Shown here piece after piece: positions 20,970 to 28,995 of a stretch of 35,928 nucleotides of DNA. Source of the DNA: an uncultured Acinetobacter sp. (GTDB lineage: Bacteria; Pseudomonadota; Gammaproteobacteria; Pseudomonadales; Moraxellaceae); assembly GCA_900771065.1 (NCBI GenBank), contig CAAGMP010000201.1, positions 1 to 35,928 on the forward strand, in the 5' to 3' direction. The translations under genes were made by a program, and so were the position numbers. Each line of letters opens with the position of its first letter. Position 1 is the stretch's first letter. The notes under the pieces were generated by a model. That model was not told where the DNA came from and did no database searches. It worked only from the letters and a program-made list of their open reading frames with translations.

Positions 20970-21314
20970 ATGAATATTGAAATTCGTACAGATAAAAACA
21001 TTCAAAATAGTGAACGTCTTATTGATTATGTGCGTAACGAATTAACTCAAGAATTTCAGCGTTATAGTGAACGAATTACTCATTTTTCTGTACACCTGCA
21101 CAATCAAAATAGTGATGAAAATAACATTGAATGCATGTTAGAAGCACGCCCAGCAGGACTTAAACCTGTTGTTGTACACCATGAAGGACACAATATTGAT
21201 ACAGCCGTTCACGGTGCAATTGATCGTTTGAAACGCAGTTTAGAACATACGTTTGATAAACGAAATCAACTGCGTGGCAATCAGCCTGAGTTAGCGGCGG
21301 AAGTTGACGAATAA
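20970..21314 (+). CDS. HPF/RaiA-family ribosome-associated protein
   Basis: 114 aa with pattern MNIEIRTD...RITHFSVHL...CMLEARPAG...AIDRLKRSL; TAAGG RBS. Confidence 0.82.
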   Translation: MNIEIRTDKNIQNSERLIDYVRNELTQEFQRYSERITHFSVHLHNQNSDENNIECMLEARPAGLKPVVVHHEGHNIDTAVHGAIDRLKRSLEHTFDKRNQLRGNQPELAAEVDE

Positions 21315-21324
21315 GTAATTTTTC

Positions 21325-21360
21325 AAAGTGGTAAAAATAGATTATTTTTACCACTTTTTT
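21325..21360 (+). terminator. Intrinsic terminator after the HPF-like gene
   Basis: AAAGTGGTAAAAATA-GAT-TATTTTTACCACTTT followed by more T. Confidence 0.85.
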
Positions 21361-21604
21361 CGTTTAAGTGGCTTTTCCAATTTATTTTCATCAATTAATT
21401 CATAAAATATCTAATCAATTAATTAGATATTTTTAAAAAAAGTTTAAAAAAAATGATTATAAAAACATAAACATATTATTTTTTACCAAAAATTAAAAAT
21501 TAATTTTAAATTAATCAATCAGTTTAACAATAAGTTAGTTTTACTTTTATTTTAGATAATTCCATGTATCCTTAGCGCATTTTTTGCTCCTAGAGATCTT
21601 TGCT

Positions 21605-22330
21605 GTGAAATTCTCTCAAATTGCAATATCTATTGCATTCTCCTCTTTGGCTGTCCTTTCTCACGCTGCACCTGTATGGCAAGATTTTAGCATCACAGGC
21701 TTATATGGCGAAAACTATGCTATTCCGGGTTATGAAAATAACAATAAACAATCTACTGTGACCTTTGAATATGCTGCCAAATTAAAATATGGCGATTTTT
21801 TTGCTTTTGCCGACCGTACTCATAACGATTACGAAGGCAGCCAAACTTATTTTGAAGTTTCTCCACGTTTAAGTTTAGGTGAAGTTTCAGGTCATTCTTT
21901 GGCATTGGGTCCAATTAAAGATGTGCTATTAGCAGGTACATGGGAAGGTGGCAATGACTTTAATAACTACTTATACGGTTTTGGATTCGATTTAGATATT
22001 CCTTATTTCCAATATGCTCAATTGAATTTTTATCGTGTAAACAATGAGTTATCAGACAATGACTATCAAATGACTTTTGTTTATGGTGTTCCATTTCAGC
22101 TTAGTCAAGAAGATTTCTTATTTGATGGTTTCTTAGATTGGTCAAGTGCAACGAGCCAACATTCAAATGAACTGAATTGGACATCACAATTAAAATGGAA
22201 TGTTGGCAAACACATTTCACCAGACACACGTTTATATGTTGGGGTTGAATATTCACATTGGAACAACAAATATGGTATTCCTGATTTAAACCAGCATGAT
22301 GTCAGTGCTTTAATTAAATATCATTTCTAA
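21605..22330 (+). CDS. Tsx/OmpK-like (DUF5020) outer-membrane nucleoside/nucleobase channel
   Basis: Signal peptide ending SHA, YGDFFAFAD, SPRLSL, FDGFLDW, GVEYSHWNNKYG, C-terminal YHF beta-signal. GTG start at 21605 follows GAGA. Confidence 0.85.
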   Translation: MKFSQIAISIAFSSLAVLSHAAPVWQDFSITGLYGENYAIPGYENNNKQSTVTFEYAAKLKYGDFFAFADRTHNDYEGSQTYFEVSPRLSLGEVSGHSLALGPIKDVLLAGTWEGGNDFNNYLYGFGFDLDIPYFQYAQLNFYRVNNELSDNDYQMTFVYGVPFQLSQEDFLFDGFLDWSSATSQHSNELNWTSQLKWNVGKHISPDTRLYVGVEYSHWNNKYGIPDLNQHDVSALIKYHF

Positions 22331-22331
22331 T

Positions 22332-22365
22332 AAAAAAGGGCTTTTGATCAAAGCCCTTTTATTTT
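22332..22365. terminator. Bidirectional intrinsic terminator
   Basis: AAAAAAGGGCTTT-TGATC-AAAGCCCTTTTATTTT; T-runs follow the stem on both strands. Confidence 0.88.
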
Positions 22366-22435
22366 GTTTTTGTTTTTTATTTTGTATTTATTACAGTTTT
22401 TATTTTATTTACGATTTTTTCATTTTTTATTATTA
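22332..22435 (-). ncRNA. Candidate sigma-54-dependent A-rich small RNA (~100 nt)
   Basis: Bounded by a -24/-12 promoter (22446-22461) and a terminator (22332-22360). 53 of 74 nt in 22361-22434 are A on the minus strand. No ORF beyond MKKS*. Confidence 0.6.
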
Positions 22436-22445
22436 ATTTATATTT

Positions 22446-22461
22446 AGCAAAAGCCATGCCA
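22446..22461 (-). promoter_or_regulatory. Sigma-54 (RpoN) -24/-12 promoter
   Basis: Minus strand TGGCATG-GCTT-TTGCT against consensus TGGCACG-N4-TTGCW: one mismatch, with exact GG-N10-GC spacing. Confidence 0.8.
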
Positions 22462-22486
22462 AGTTTTTGATGATTTTTAATGGAAG

Positions 22487-22499
22487 AATCAAACAATTG
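22487..22499 (+). promoter_or_regulatory. IHF binding site
   Basis: AATCAA-ACAA-TTG is a perfect WATCAANNNNTTR match, located at about -52 to -64 of the sigma-54 promoter. Confidence 0.6.
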
Positions 22500-22524
22500 A
22501 AGCGAAAAATGCACTTCAATTGTT
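22492..22524 (-). terminator. Hairpin after parE (probable terminator)
   Basis: Minus strand AACAATTGAAGTG-CATTTTT-CGCTTCAATTGTT (one U-G pair), 12 nt after the parE stop. Confidence 0.6.
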
Positions 22525-22546
22525 CAACTTTCAAAATTATGGTGCA
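22510..22546. promoter_or_regulatory. Tandem NtrC-like enhancer sites
   Basis: TGCACTTCAATTGTTCA (22510-22526) and TTCAAAATTATGGTGCA (22530-22546) against TGCACCA-N3-TGGTGCA; centres 20 bp apart. Confidence 0.5.
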
Positions 22547-24417
22547 AGACTTACTAAATTACCCTTTTGCTCTAACCATTGCTTACGATCAGCGGCACGC
22601 TTTTTAGCTAGCAACTTATCCAACAATTGTGCCGTCAGATTCATATCATCTAAATCGAGCTGTACCAAACGGCGCGTATTTGGGTCCATTGTGGTTTCAC
22701 GTAACTGACTAGCATTCATTTCACCTAAACCTTTAAAACGGGTAATTTGTGGATTTTTTGCCTTACACTTTTTCAAAATGACTTCAAGCTCTTGATCATC
22801 TAAAGCGTAGTAAATTTCTTTACTGTCATCCACCCGATACAATGGCGGCATAGCAACAAACAAATGCCCTTCTTCAACCAAGTTAGGAAAATGTTTCACA
22901 AATAATGCGCATAATAACGTTGCAATATGTAAACCATCTGAATCGGCATCAGCTAGAATACAAATTTTACCGTAACGTAATTCGGAAAGATCATCACTAC
23001 CCGGATCGACACCAATCGCGATGGCAATATCATGTACTTCTTGTGAAGCAAGCACTTCATCAGAAGACACTTCCCACGTATTTAAAATTTTACCTCGAAT
23101 GGGCATAATCGCTTGAAAGTTTTTATCACGGGCTTGTTTCGCTGACCCGCCCGCAGAATCGCCTTCAACAATAAATAATTCTGATTCTGCTAAAATATGG
23201 CTGACGCAATCGGCTAGTTTCCCTGGTAAGGCAGGACCTGAAACAATTTTTTTACGTTCAACTTTTTTGGCTGCTTTTAAACGACGTCCTGCTTTTGAAA
23301 TGACCATTTCAGCCAATTTCATTGCAATTTCAGCATGTTGATTGAGCCACAATGAAAATGCATCTTTTGCAATATTTTGCACAATGGCAGCAGCTTCACG
23401 ACTAGAAAGTCGCTCTTTGGTTTGCCCTGAAAATTGAGGTTCTTGAAATTTCAACGATAAAATATAGTTAACGCCATCCCAAACATCTTCAGCGGATAGT
23501 TTTAAATTACGACCCAATAAATTGCGCAACTCACAAAATTCGCGCAAAGCATCGGTAATACCCGAACGCAAACCGTTAACATGCGTTCCACCTTGTGCCG
23601 TTGGAATTAAATTGACATAACTTTCTTGAATTTGTTCTGCGCTTTCTTCATTCCAACAAATTGCAAATTCAACTGAAGCACGTTCAACTTGACCTGAACT
23701 TACAAAAGCGGGCGTAGGTAAAATGACACGATCTTGTAGTTCATCCATCAAATAATCGACTAAACCATTTTCAAATTGCCAGACAATTTGTTCTTGGTTA
23801 ATTTCATCAATATAAGTAATTTCCAAACCTGCCGCCAACACTGCCTTGGCTTTTAAATTATGTTTAAGCGCTTTTAAGGCAAATCTAGCAGAATCAAAAT
23901 AGTGTGCATCGGGCCAAAACGTCACCTTTGTGCCTGTTGCACGTTTAGGAACTTTATTTTCTTGTATTATTAATTCTGTGACCGCATGACCATGCTCAAA
24001 ACACATCTGATACAAATTACCTTGGCGTTTGACTTCAACTTCAACGCGACTCGACAAGGCATTAACCACCGAAATACCCACACCATGCAAACCACCTGAA
24101 AACTGATAATTATCGGTGCTAAATTTTCCGCCCGCATGTAATTTAGTTAAAATAATTTCGATGCCACTTTGACCATATTCAGGATGAATATCGACAGGCA
24201 TACCCCGTCCATTGTCTTCAACCGACAACCCGCCATCTTTTAAAACAGTGACTTTAATTTTATTGGCATGTCCTGCTAAAGCTTCATCGACCGAATTATC
24301 AATCACTTCTTGCGCTAAATGATTTGGGCGTGATGTGTCGGTATACATACCCGGACGACGACGAACTGGATCTAAACCCGATAAAACTTCAAGCGATTGA
24401 GCGGTATATTGAGACAC
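22537..24417 (-). CDS. parE: DNA topoisomerase IV subunit B
   Basis: LSGLDPVRRRPGMY, EVIDNSVDE, EGDSAGGSAKQ, PIRGKILN, DADSDG, RFKGLGEM. At 626 aa it lacks the GyrB insert; next to yqiA. Confidence 0.97.
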   Translation of the reverse strand: MSQYTAQSLEVLSGLDPVRRRPGMYTDTSRPNHLAQEVIDNSVDEALAGHANKIKVTVLKDGGLSVEDNGRGMPVDIHPEYGQSGIEIILTKLHAGGKFSTDNYQFSGGLHGVGISVVNALSSRVEVEVKRQGNLYQMCFEHGHAVTELIIQENKVPKRATGTKVTFWPDAHYFDSARFALKALKHNLKAKAVLAAGLEITYIDEINQEQIVWQFENGLVDYLMDELQDRVILPTPAFVSSGQVERASVEFAICWNEESAEQIQESYVNLIPTAQGGTHVNGLRSGITDALREFCELRNLLGRNLKLSAEDVWDGVNYILSLKFQEPQFSGQTKERLSSREAAAIVQNIAKDAFSLWLNQHAEIAMKLAEMVISKAGRRLKAAKKVERKKIVSGPALPGKLADCVSHILAESELFIVEGDSAGGSAKQARDKNFQAIMPIRGKILNTWEVSSDEVLASQEVHDIAIAIGVDPGSDDLSELRYGKICILADADSDGLHIATLLCALFVKHFPNLVEEGHLFVAMPPLYRVDDSKEIYYALDDQELEVILKKCKAKNPQITRFKGLGEMNASQLRETTMDPNTRRLVQLDLDDMNLTAQLLDKLLAKKRAADRKQWLEQKGNLVSLAP

Positions 24418-24431
24418 CTTAAACTGTTTCC

Positions 24432-25019
24432 TTATTTGATGCTGTCCGATAAAAATTGCAAAATCATCGGAATTTTATCTGAAAAATTATGCATAGCATG
24501 GTTGCCTTGGGTTTCGATCATCGAAATAGTACGGCAACCCAAAGCAGTATAATAGCGTTGTGCTTGTCGATAATCCAAAACTTCGTCACCTTGTTGTAAT
24601 AACAATAATACTTGTGCCGATTTAGGAATCTGATTTTGTGCCATATTTTCTAAATCAAACAATTGCTGTTGATCTAAACTCCATTGTTCATGAATAAAAT
24701 ACGGCAAACTTGCTTGCCCAAACAAATTTTCAAACAATAACCAAGGTTTCACCGTAGGATTAATTAACACAACAGGCACGGCATATTTTGCTAATAATTG
24801 GGTTGCATAAAAACCACCAAAACTGCTTCCAATTAAAACCACATGATCTAATTTTTCAATTAATTCAGATAAATAAGTCCAAACTTGTAATGGTGGTATA
24901 TTTAAATCGGGTAAATGTAACTGATGTGAAGTCAAATTTTGTTCAAGGTATTGTTTGAGTAACTGCCCTTTAAATGACAAAGGGTGACTTCTAAAACCAT
25001 GTAAATAAATAATATTCAT
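24432..25019 (-). CDS. yqiA: YqiA/YcfP-family alpha/beta-hydrolase esterase
   Basis: YLHGFRS, GSSFGG nucleophile elbow, GDEVLD and GNH; directly upstream of parE. Confidence 0.9.
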   Translation of the reverse strand: MNIIYLHGFRSHPLSFKGQLLKQYLEQNLTSHQLHLPDLNIPPLQVWTYLSELIEKLDHVVLIGSSFGGFYATQLLAKYAVPVVLINPTVKPWLLFENLFGQASLPYFIHEQWSLDQQQLFDLENMAQNQIPKSAQVLLLLQQGDEVLDYRQAQRYYTALGCRTISMIETQGNHAMHNFSDKIPMILQFLSDSIK

Positions 25020-25140
25020 TGTGTAAACTCGTTATGCAAATGATTTATTCAGAAAAATGCTCCTTTTTAATTCTAGAATTGATTAGAATTTGTTTTTCGT
25101 CATTTCATTTTATCAATTGCTTATGCCGCCTCATCAGTTC

Positions 25141-26592
25141 ATGAATCGTACGATTATTTTACTCTTAATTTATTTCATTCTATGGACGATTTTGCCTGTG
25201 GTCTTAGCATCAAGTTATCCACTTGATGTACCAGAAGGAATTTATTGGGGTAGAGAGTGGCAATGGGGCTACTATAAACATCCACCTTTATCATCTTGGG
25301 TTTTATATAGTTTTTACGCTATTTTTGGACAAGTTGGTCCATATCTTTTAAGCCAGATTTGTATTGGCTTAACTATGTGGTTTGTGTATAAATTAGGACG
25401 ACAATTATTCTGTCCTGCAAAAGCACAAATGGGCAGTTTATTGGTTTTAGCGGTGTTTTATTACACTTGGCCATCTTTAGAATTCAACCATAATATTGCA
25501 CAAATGCCAATTTGGGCAGCATTAATTTATGTTTTCTATTTGGCTTCACGTGAAAATAAATGGTGGCAATGGCTCAGTTTTGGCATACTCGCTGGTGCGG
25601 GAATGCTAATTAAATACCCAATTGCAATTTTACTCATCACAATTGTTTTATATTCGTTGATCACGCCTTATCGCAAACTTTGGTTAAGCACAAAACCATG
25701 GGTTGCAATTGGATTAGCCGCAGCGATTTTTGCACCAAATGTGCTTTGGCTAATTCAACATGAATGGTTACCTTTTACCTATGCACAAAGTCGCTCAGCG
25801 GAAGCCGCTGAAGGTCAACCACGCTTAAAAGCCTTTGGTTTTTTATTGACCCAGTTTATTAATTTAATACCATTATTTTTAATTTTAATTGCCAATAAAA
25901 TTCGCTTAAAAACCAATGCAAATATTGTACGTTCAGATCAATTTTTCTTGTTATTTATTGGACTTTTTCCTGCATTTTTCATCTTTGCCATCGGCTTAAT
26001 TTTTGGTATTGGCATTCGTGATATGTGGGGTTCACCAATGTGGTGCTTATCTGGCTTAATTTTAGTTTCATTTATTCCAGAACACATTTTTACTCAAAAA
26101 CAAGCTGCCTTAAAAAAAGGTCTGATCATTTGGTTAATCCTAATCACCATTTTAATGGCTGCGTATGTGCAATTTGGTGGACAAATTCGTAATAAACCAT
26201 CACGTATGGATTGGCCACAACAGACTTTAACCCAACATGTTGATCAACAATGGCAAAAAATTAGTCACTGTCGTTTAGACAGCACTTCTGGTGCAGACTG
26301 GCTTGCTATGTTGGTTGCCGCTTCATCGCAATATAGTCCTTCAGTCATGATTTCAGGTACAGAAAAATACTCACCATGGATGAATCAAACACGTTTAATA
26401 CAACATGGTACATTTAGTTTATGGGAAAAAGATAAACCACCTGTTATTCCTTTTTGGCAACAATTACAAAGTAATCCAAATTTTATAATTCAGCGTGGTA
26501 CATGGGAAATTAAATGGGAGAAAGTGCCAAATAAAGCACCTTTAACCGTAGAATGGATGGCTTTTGTACCCAAACAATGTGCAAAAAATTAA
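25141..26592 (+). CDS. ArnT/GT83-like (PMT_2) integral-membrane glycosyltransferase using a polyprenyl-phosphate sugar
   Basis: WGYYKHPPLSSW motif, KY motif, many TM helices and a periplasmic C-terminal domain. Start is uncertain (25090, 25123 or 25141). Confidence 0.85.
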   Translation: MNRTIILLLIYFILWTILPVVLASSYPLDVPEGIYWGREWQWGYYKHPPLSSWVLYSFYAIFGQVGPYLLSQICIGLTMWFVYKLGRQLFCPAKAQMGSLLVLAVFYYTWPSLEFNHNIAQMPIWAALIYVFYLASRENKWWQWLSFGILAGAGMLIKYPIAILLITIVLYSLITPYRKLWLSTKPWVAIGLAAAIFAPNVLWLIQHEWLPFTYAQSRSAEAAEGQPRLKAFGFLLTQFINLIPLFLILIANKIRLKTNANIVRSDQFFLLFIGLFPAFFIFAIGLIFGIGIRDMWGSPMWCLSGLILVSFIPEHIFTQKQAALKKGLIIWLILITILMAAYVQFGGQIRNKPSRMDWPQQTLTQHVDQQWQKISHCRLDSTSGADWLAMLVAASSQYSPSVMISGTEKYSPWMNQTRLIQHGTFSLWEKDKPPVIPFWQQLQSNPNFIIQRGTWEIKWEKVPNKAPLTVEWMAFVPKQCAKN

Positions 26593-26631
26593 CTTGAGCT
26601 TATGTTGAACTGTTATTTTATGGAGTAAAGC

Positions 26632-27594
26632 ATGTCTGTATCAACTGATTGCATCCAGTTATCTATTATTTTGCCATCGTACAATGATGCTCAAATTATT
26701 AATGTTTTTTTACATGAAATCTATGCTTTTTTATCTACACAAGATGGTCAACATGAAATTATTTTAGTTGATGATGGTGGTAAAGATCAGTTACATGAGG
26801 TTTATTTAGCACATTGTCAGCAATTACCTGCCCATATTGAACTTAATTTAATTCAGTTATCACGTAATTTTGGCAAAGAAGCTGCTTTAAGTGCAGGATT
26901 ACACGAATCCAAAGGCGAAACAGTCATTATAATGGATTCAGATGGTCAACATCCTGTCAGTGTATTAAATGAAATGATACAACTTTTTCAAAATACTGAT
27001 GTGGATATGATTGCAGCCGTGCAAGCACAGCGGCAACATGAAAATAAATTGCTTAAATTTTTAAAACATCATTTTTATCAATTTATGCAAGATTCACAAC
27101 GTTATCAACTTGAACCCAATGCGGGTGATTTTCGGGTGATGAAGCGAAAAGTGGTAGACGCTTTACTTGCTTTACCTGAACGACAACGCTTTATGAAAGG
27201 GTTATATTCTTGGGTTGGTTTTAAAACCATTTATTATCCATTTCAAGCAGATGAACGTTTCGAAGGGGAAAGTACCTTTAACTTTGCCCGTTTATTTGAA
27301 CTGGCATTGGTTGGAATTACTTCATTTTCCCTAAAACCTTTACGTTGGATTACACGTGTGGGTTTTTTAGTATCAATCATGTCATTCTTCTATGGTCTTG
27401 CTATTGTTGCAGATACTTTATTTTTTGAACAAGAATTAGATGGTTGGCCTACACTTGCCGCAGGTATTATGTTTTCTGCGGGCTTACAATTGATTTGTTT
27501 AGGTGTAATTGGAGAATATATCGGTCGGATTTATGAAGAAGTCAAAGAACGTCCTATCTATATTATTGATAAAAAATGGACGAGTAAACAGTGA
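26632..27594 (+). CDS. GT2 undecaprenyl-phosphate glycosyltransferase (GtrB/ArnC-like)
   Basis: LPSYND, VDDG, LSRNFGKEAAL, MDSDGQHP, GDFRVM, two C-terminal TM helices, GEYIGRIYEEVKERP. Confidence 0.93.
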   Translation: MSVSTDCIQLSIILPSYNDAQIINVFLHEIYAFLSTQDGQHEIILVDDGGKDQLHEVYLAHCQQLPAHIELNLIQLSRNFGKEAALSAGLHESKGETVIIMDSDGQHPVSVLNEMIQLFQNTDVDMIAAVQAQRQHENKLLKFLKHHFYQFMQDSQRYQLEPNAGDFRVMKRKVVDALLALPERQRFMKGLYSWVGFKTIYYPFQADERFEGESTFNFARLFELALVGITSFSLKPLRWITRVGFLVSIMSFFYGLAIVADTLFFEQELDGWPTLAAGIMFSAGLQLICLGVIGEYIGRIYEEVKERPIYIIDKKWTSKQ

Positions 27595-28001
27595 GTCCAT
27601 CTAAAGCCACTGCACAACAAGGAATTTGGTTTATTTTTGTTGGTGCATGCGCGGCAGCCACACATTTTTGCAGCTTATTTTTTTTAGTGCAGTTTCAAGC
27701 CATTCAACCTGCATGGGCAAATGTTTTTGCTTTTTTAATTGCTTTTATCATCAGTTTTTTTGGACATTTTAAACTGACCTTTAAAACACAAATTCAGCAA
27801 CATAATTTTGCCCATAGTTTATTCAAATGGTTTGCTAGCTCTATTTTAGGTTTTATCATCAATCAAAGTCTGTTTATGCTCGGGCTAGAGATTTTTGGTA
27901 CAACATATTATATTGTCATTTGGTTGGTCATTACGGTCTTAGTTACGTTGTGCACCTTTGTTTTAGCTAAATTTTGGGCATTTAAAGGACAATCTCAATG
28001 A
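27591..28001 (+). CDS. GtrA-family flippase
   Basis: 136 aa with four TM helices, FIFVG, AN..AF and KFWAF; 4-nt overlaps with both neighbours. Confidence 0.9.
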   Translation: MSPSKATAQQGIWFIFVGACAAATHFCSLFFLVQFQAIQPAWANVFAFLIAFIISFFGHFKLTFKTQIQQHNFAHSLFKWFASSILGFIINQSLFMLGLEIFGTTYYIVIWLVITVLVTLCTFVLAKFWAFKGQSQ

Positions 28002-28780
28002 AAAAAATAACTTTAAATGTCGATGATTTAGGCTTATCTGCTGCGGTCAATCAAGCTGTTTTACAATTGGCACAACAACAACGAATTCATTCAACCAGCT
28101 TTATGAGCTTAGGACAAATTTCAACTGATGAAGTCACCGAATTAAAACAACAACAAATTGAAATTGGTCTACATTTTGATTTAACTGGATTGGCTCAACA
28201 AGGCAGTTTAAAAAATGTTATTTTTAAAGCTTTTTTAAAGCAATTTTCTCCAACTCAATTACGTGATTTAATTAGAAAACAATTTGATGCTTTTGAAGAC
28301 CAAATTCAGGCTGTACCTATTTTTATTGATGGTCATCAACACGTACATCAATTTCCACAAATTCGTGAATTATTAGTGCAAGAAGTCAAACAACGTTATG
28401 CACAAAAAGTCGCTTTTCGAAATACACAACCTTTTCAAACTGATTTTAAAGCCAAACTAATTTATTTTTTAGGTGGTGCAACATTTAAAAAACAATTACA
28501 ACAACATCAGTTGCCTTTTAACACTGCTTTTGGTGGCAGTTATGATTTTCAAGCAAATTTTGAACAATTAAAAAGTTTGTGGGAAAATTGGTTCATGCAA
28601 GCTCCAAATTCAGGCAGTGTAATTATGTGCCACCCTGCAATAACAGATTCAAATTGGCAAGATGAAATTAAGACAGCTCGTGAATGCGAATTTGCATGGC
28701 TAAGCAGTGAAGAATTTGCTCAACTATGGCAACAACAGCAATGTACGGCACAAACTTGGCAACACCTAATGCAGACATAG
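27998..28780 (+). CDS. YdjC/ChbG/HpnK-family deacetylase (NaxD-like)
   Basis: NVDDLG, GLHFDL, IDGHQHVHQFP and MCHP motifs. Confidence 0.9.
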   Translation: MKKITLNVDDLGLSAAVNQAVLQLAQQQRIHSTSFMSLGQISTDEVTELKQQQIEIGLHFDLTGLAQQGSLKNVIFKAFLKQFSPTQLRDLIRKQFDAFEDQIQAVPIFIDGHQHVHQFPQIRELLVQEVKQRYAQKVAFRNTQPFQTDFKAKLIYFLGGATFKKQLQQHQLPFNTAFGGSYDFQANFEQLKSLWENWFMQAPNSGSVIMCHPAITDSNWQDEIKTARECEFAWLSSEEFAQLWQQQQCTAQTWQHLMQT

Positions 28781-28995
28781 TGCTTTTTGAGATAACTTTT
28801 ACATTTTTTCTTCGATCTGGCTGTTGAAAAAAACAACAAAAATAAAATTTTACAACCTAACAAGACTTTTCAAATTGCAGAGAGCTAGGTATAACATTGG
28901 GGCGAAAGCATAGGCAAATTTAGCGAAAAAGCGTTAAACTATGTCAATATAAATCAGACTAAACTGTCTTAAATGACAAAAGAAGGTGAAAGTTG

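Noticed and set aside
22409..22423. Micro-ORF ATG AAA AAA TCG TAA (MKKS*) in the candidate sRNA
   Set aside because: Only four codons with no SD sequence; expected by chance in A-rich sequence.
22361..22434. A/T tract read as a CsrA/RsmA-binding RNA, a CRISPR leader or a simple tandem repeat
   Set aside because: No GGA motifs, no adjacent repeat-spacer array and no fixed repeat unit.
28781..28995. FMN riboswitch upstream of ribBX
   Set aside because: The conserved AGGGCGGGGTGAAATTCCCCACCGGCGG-type core is absent.
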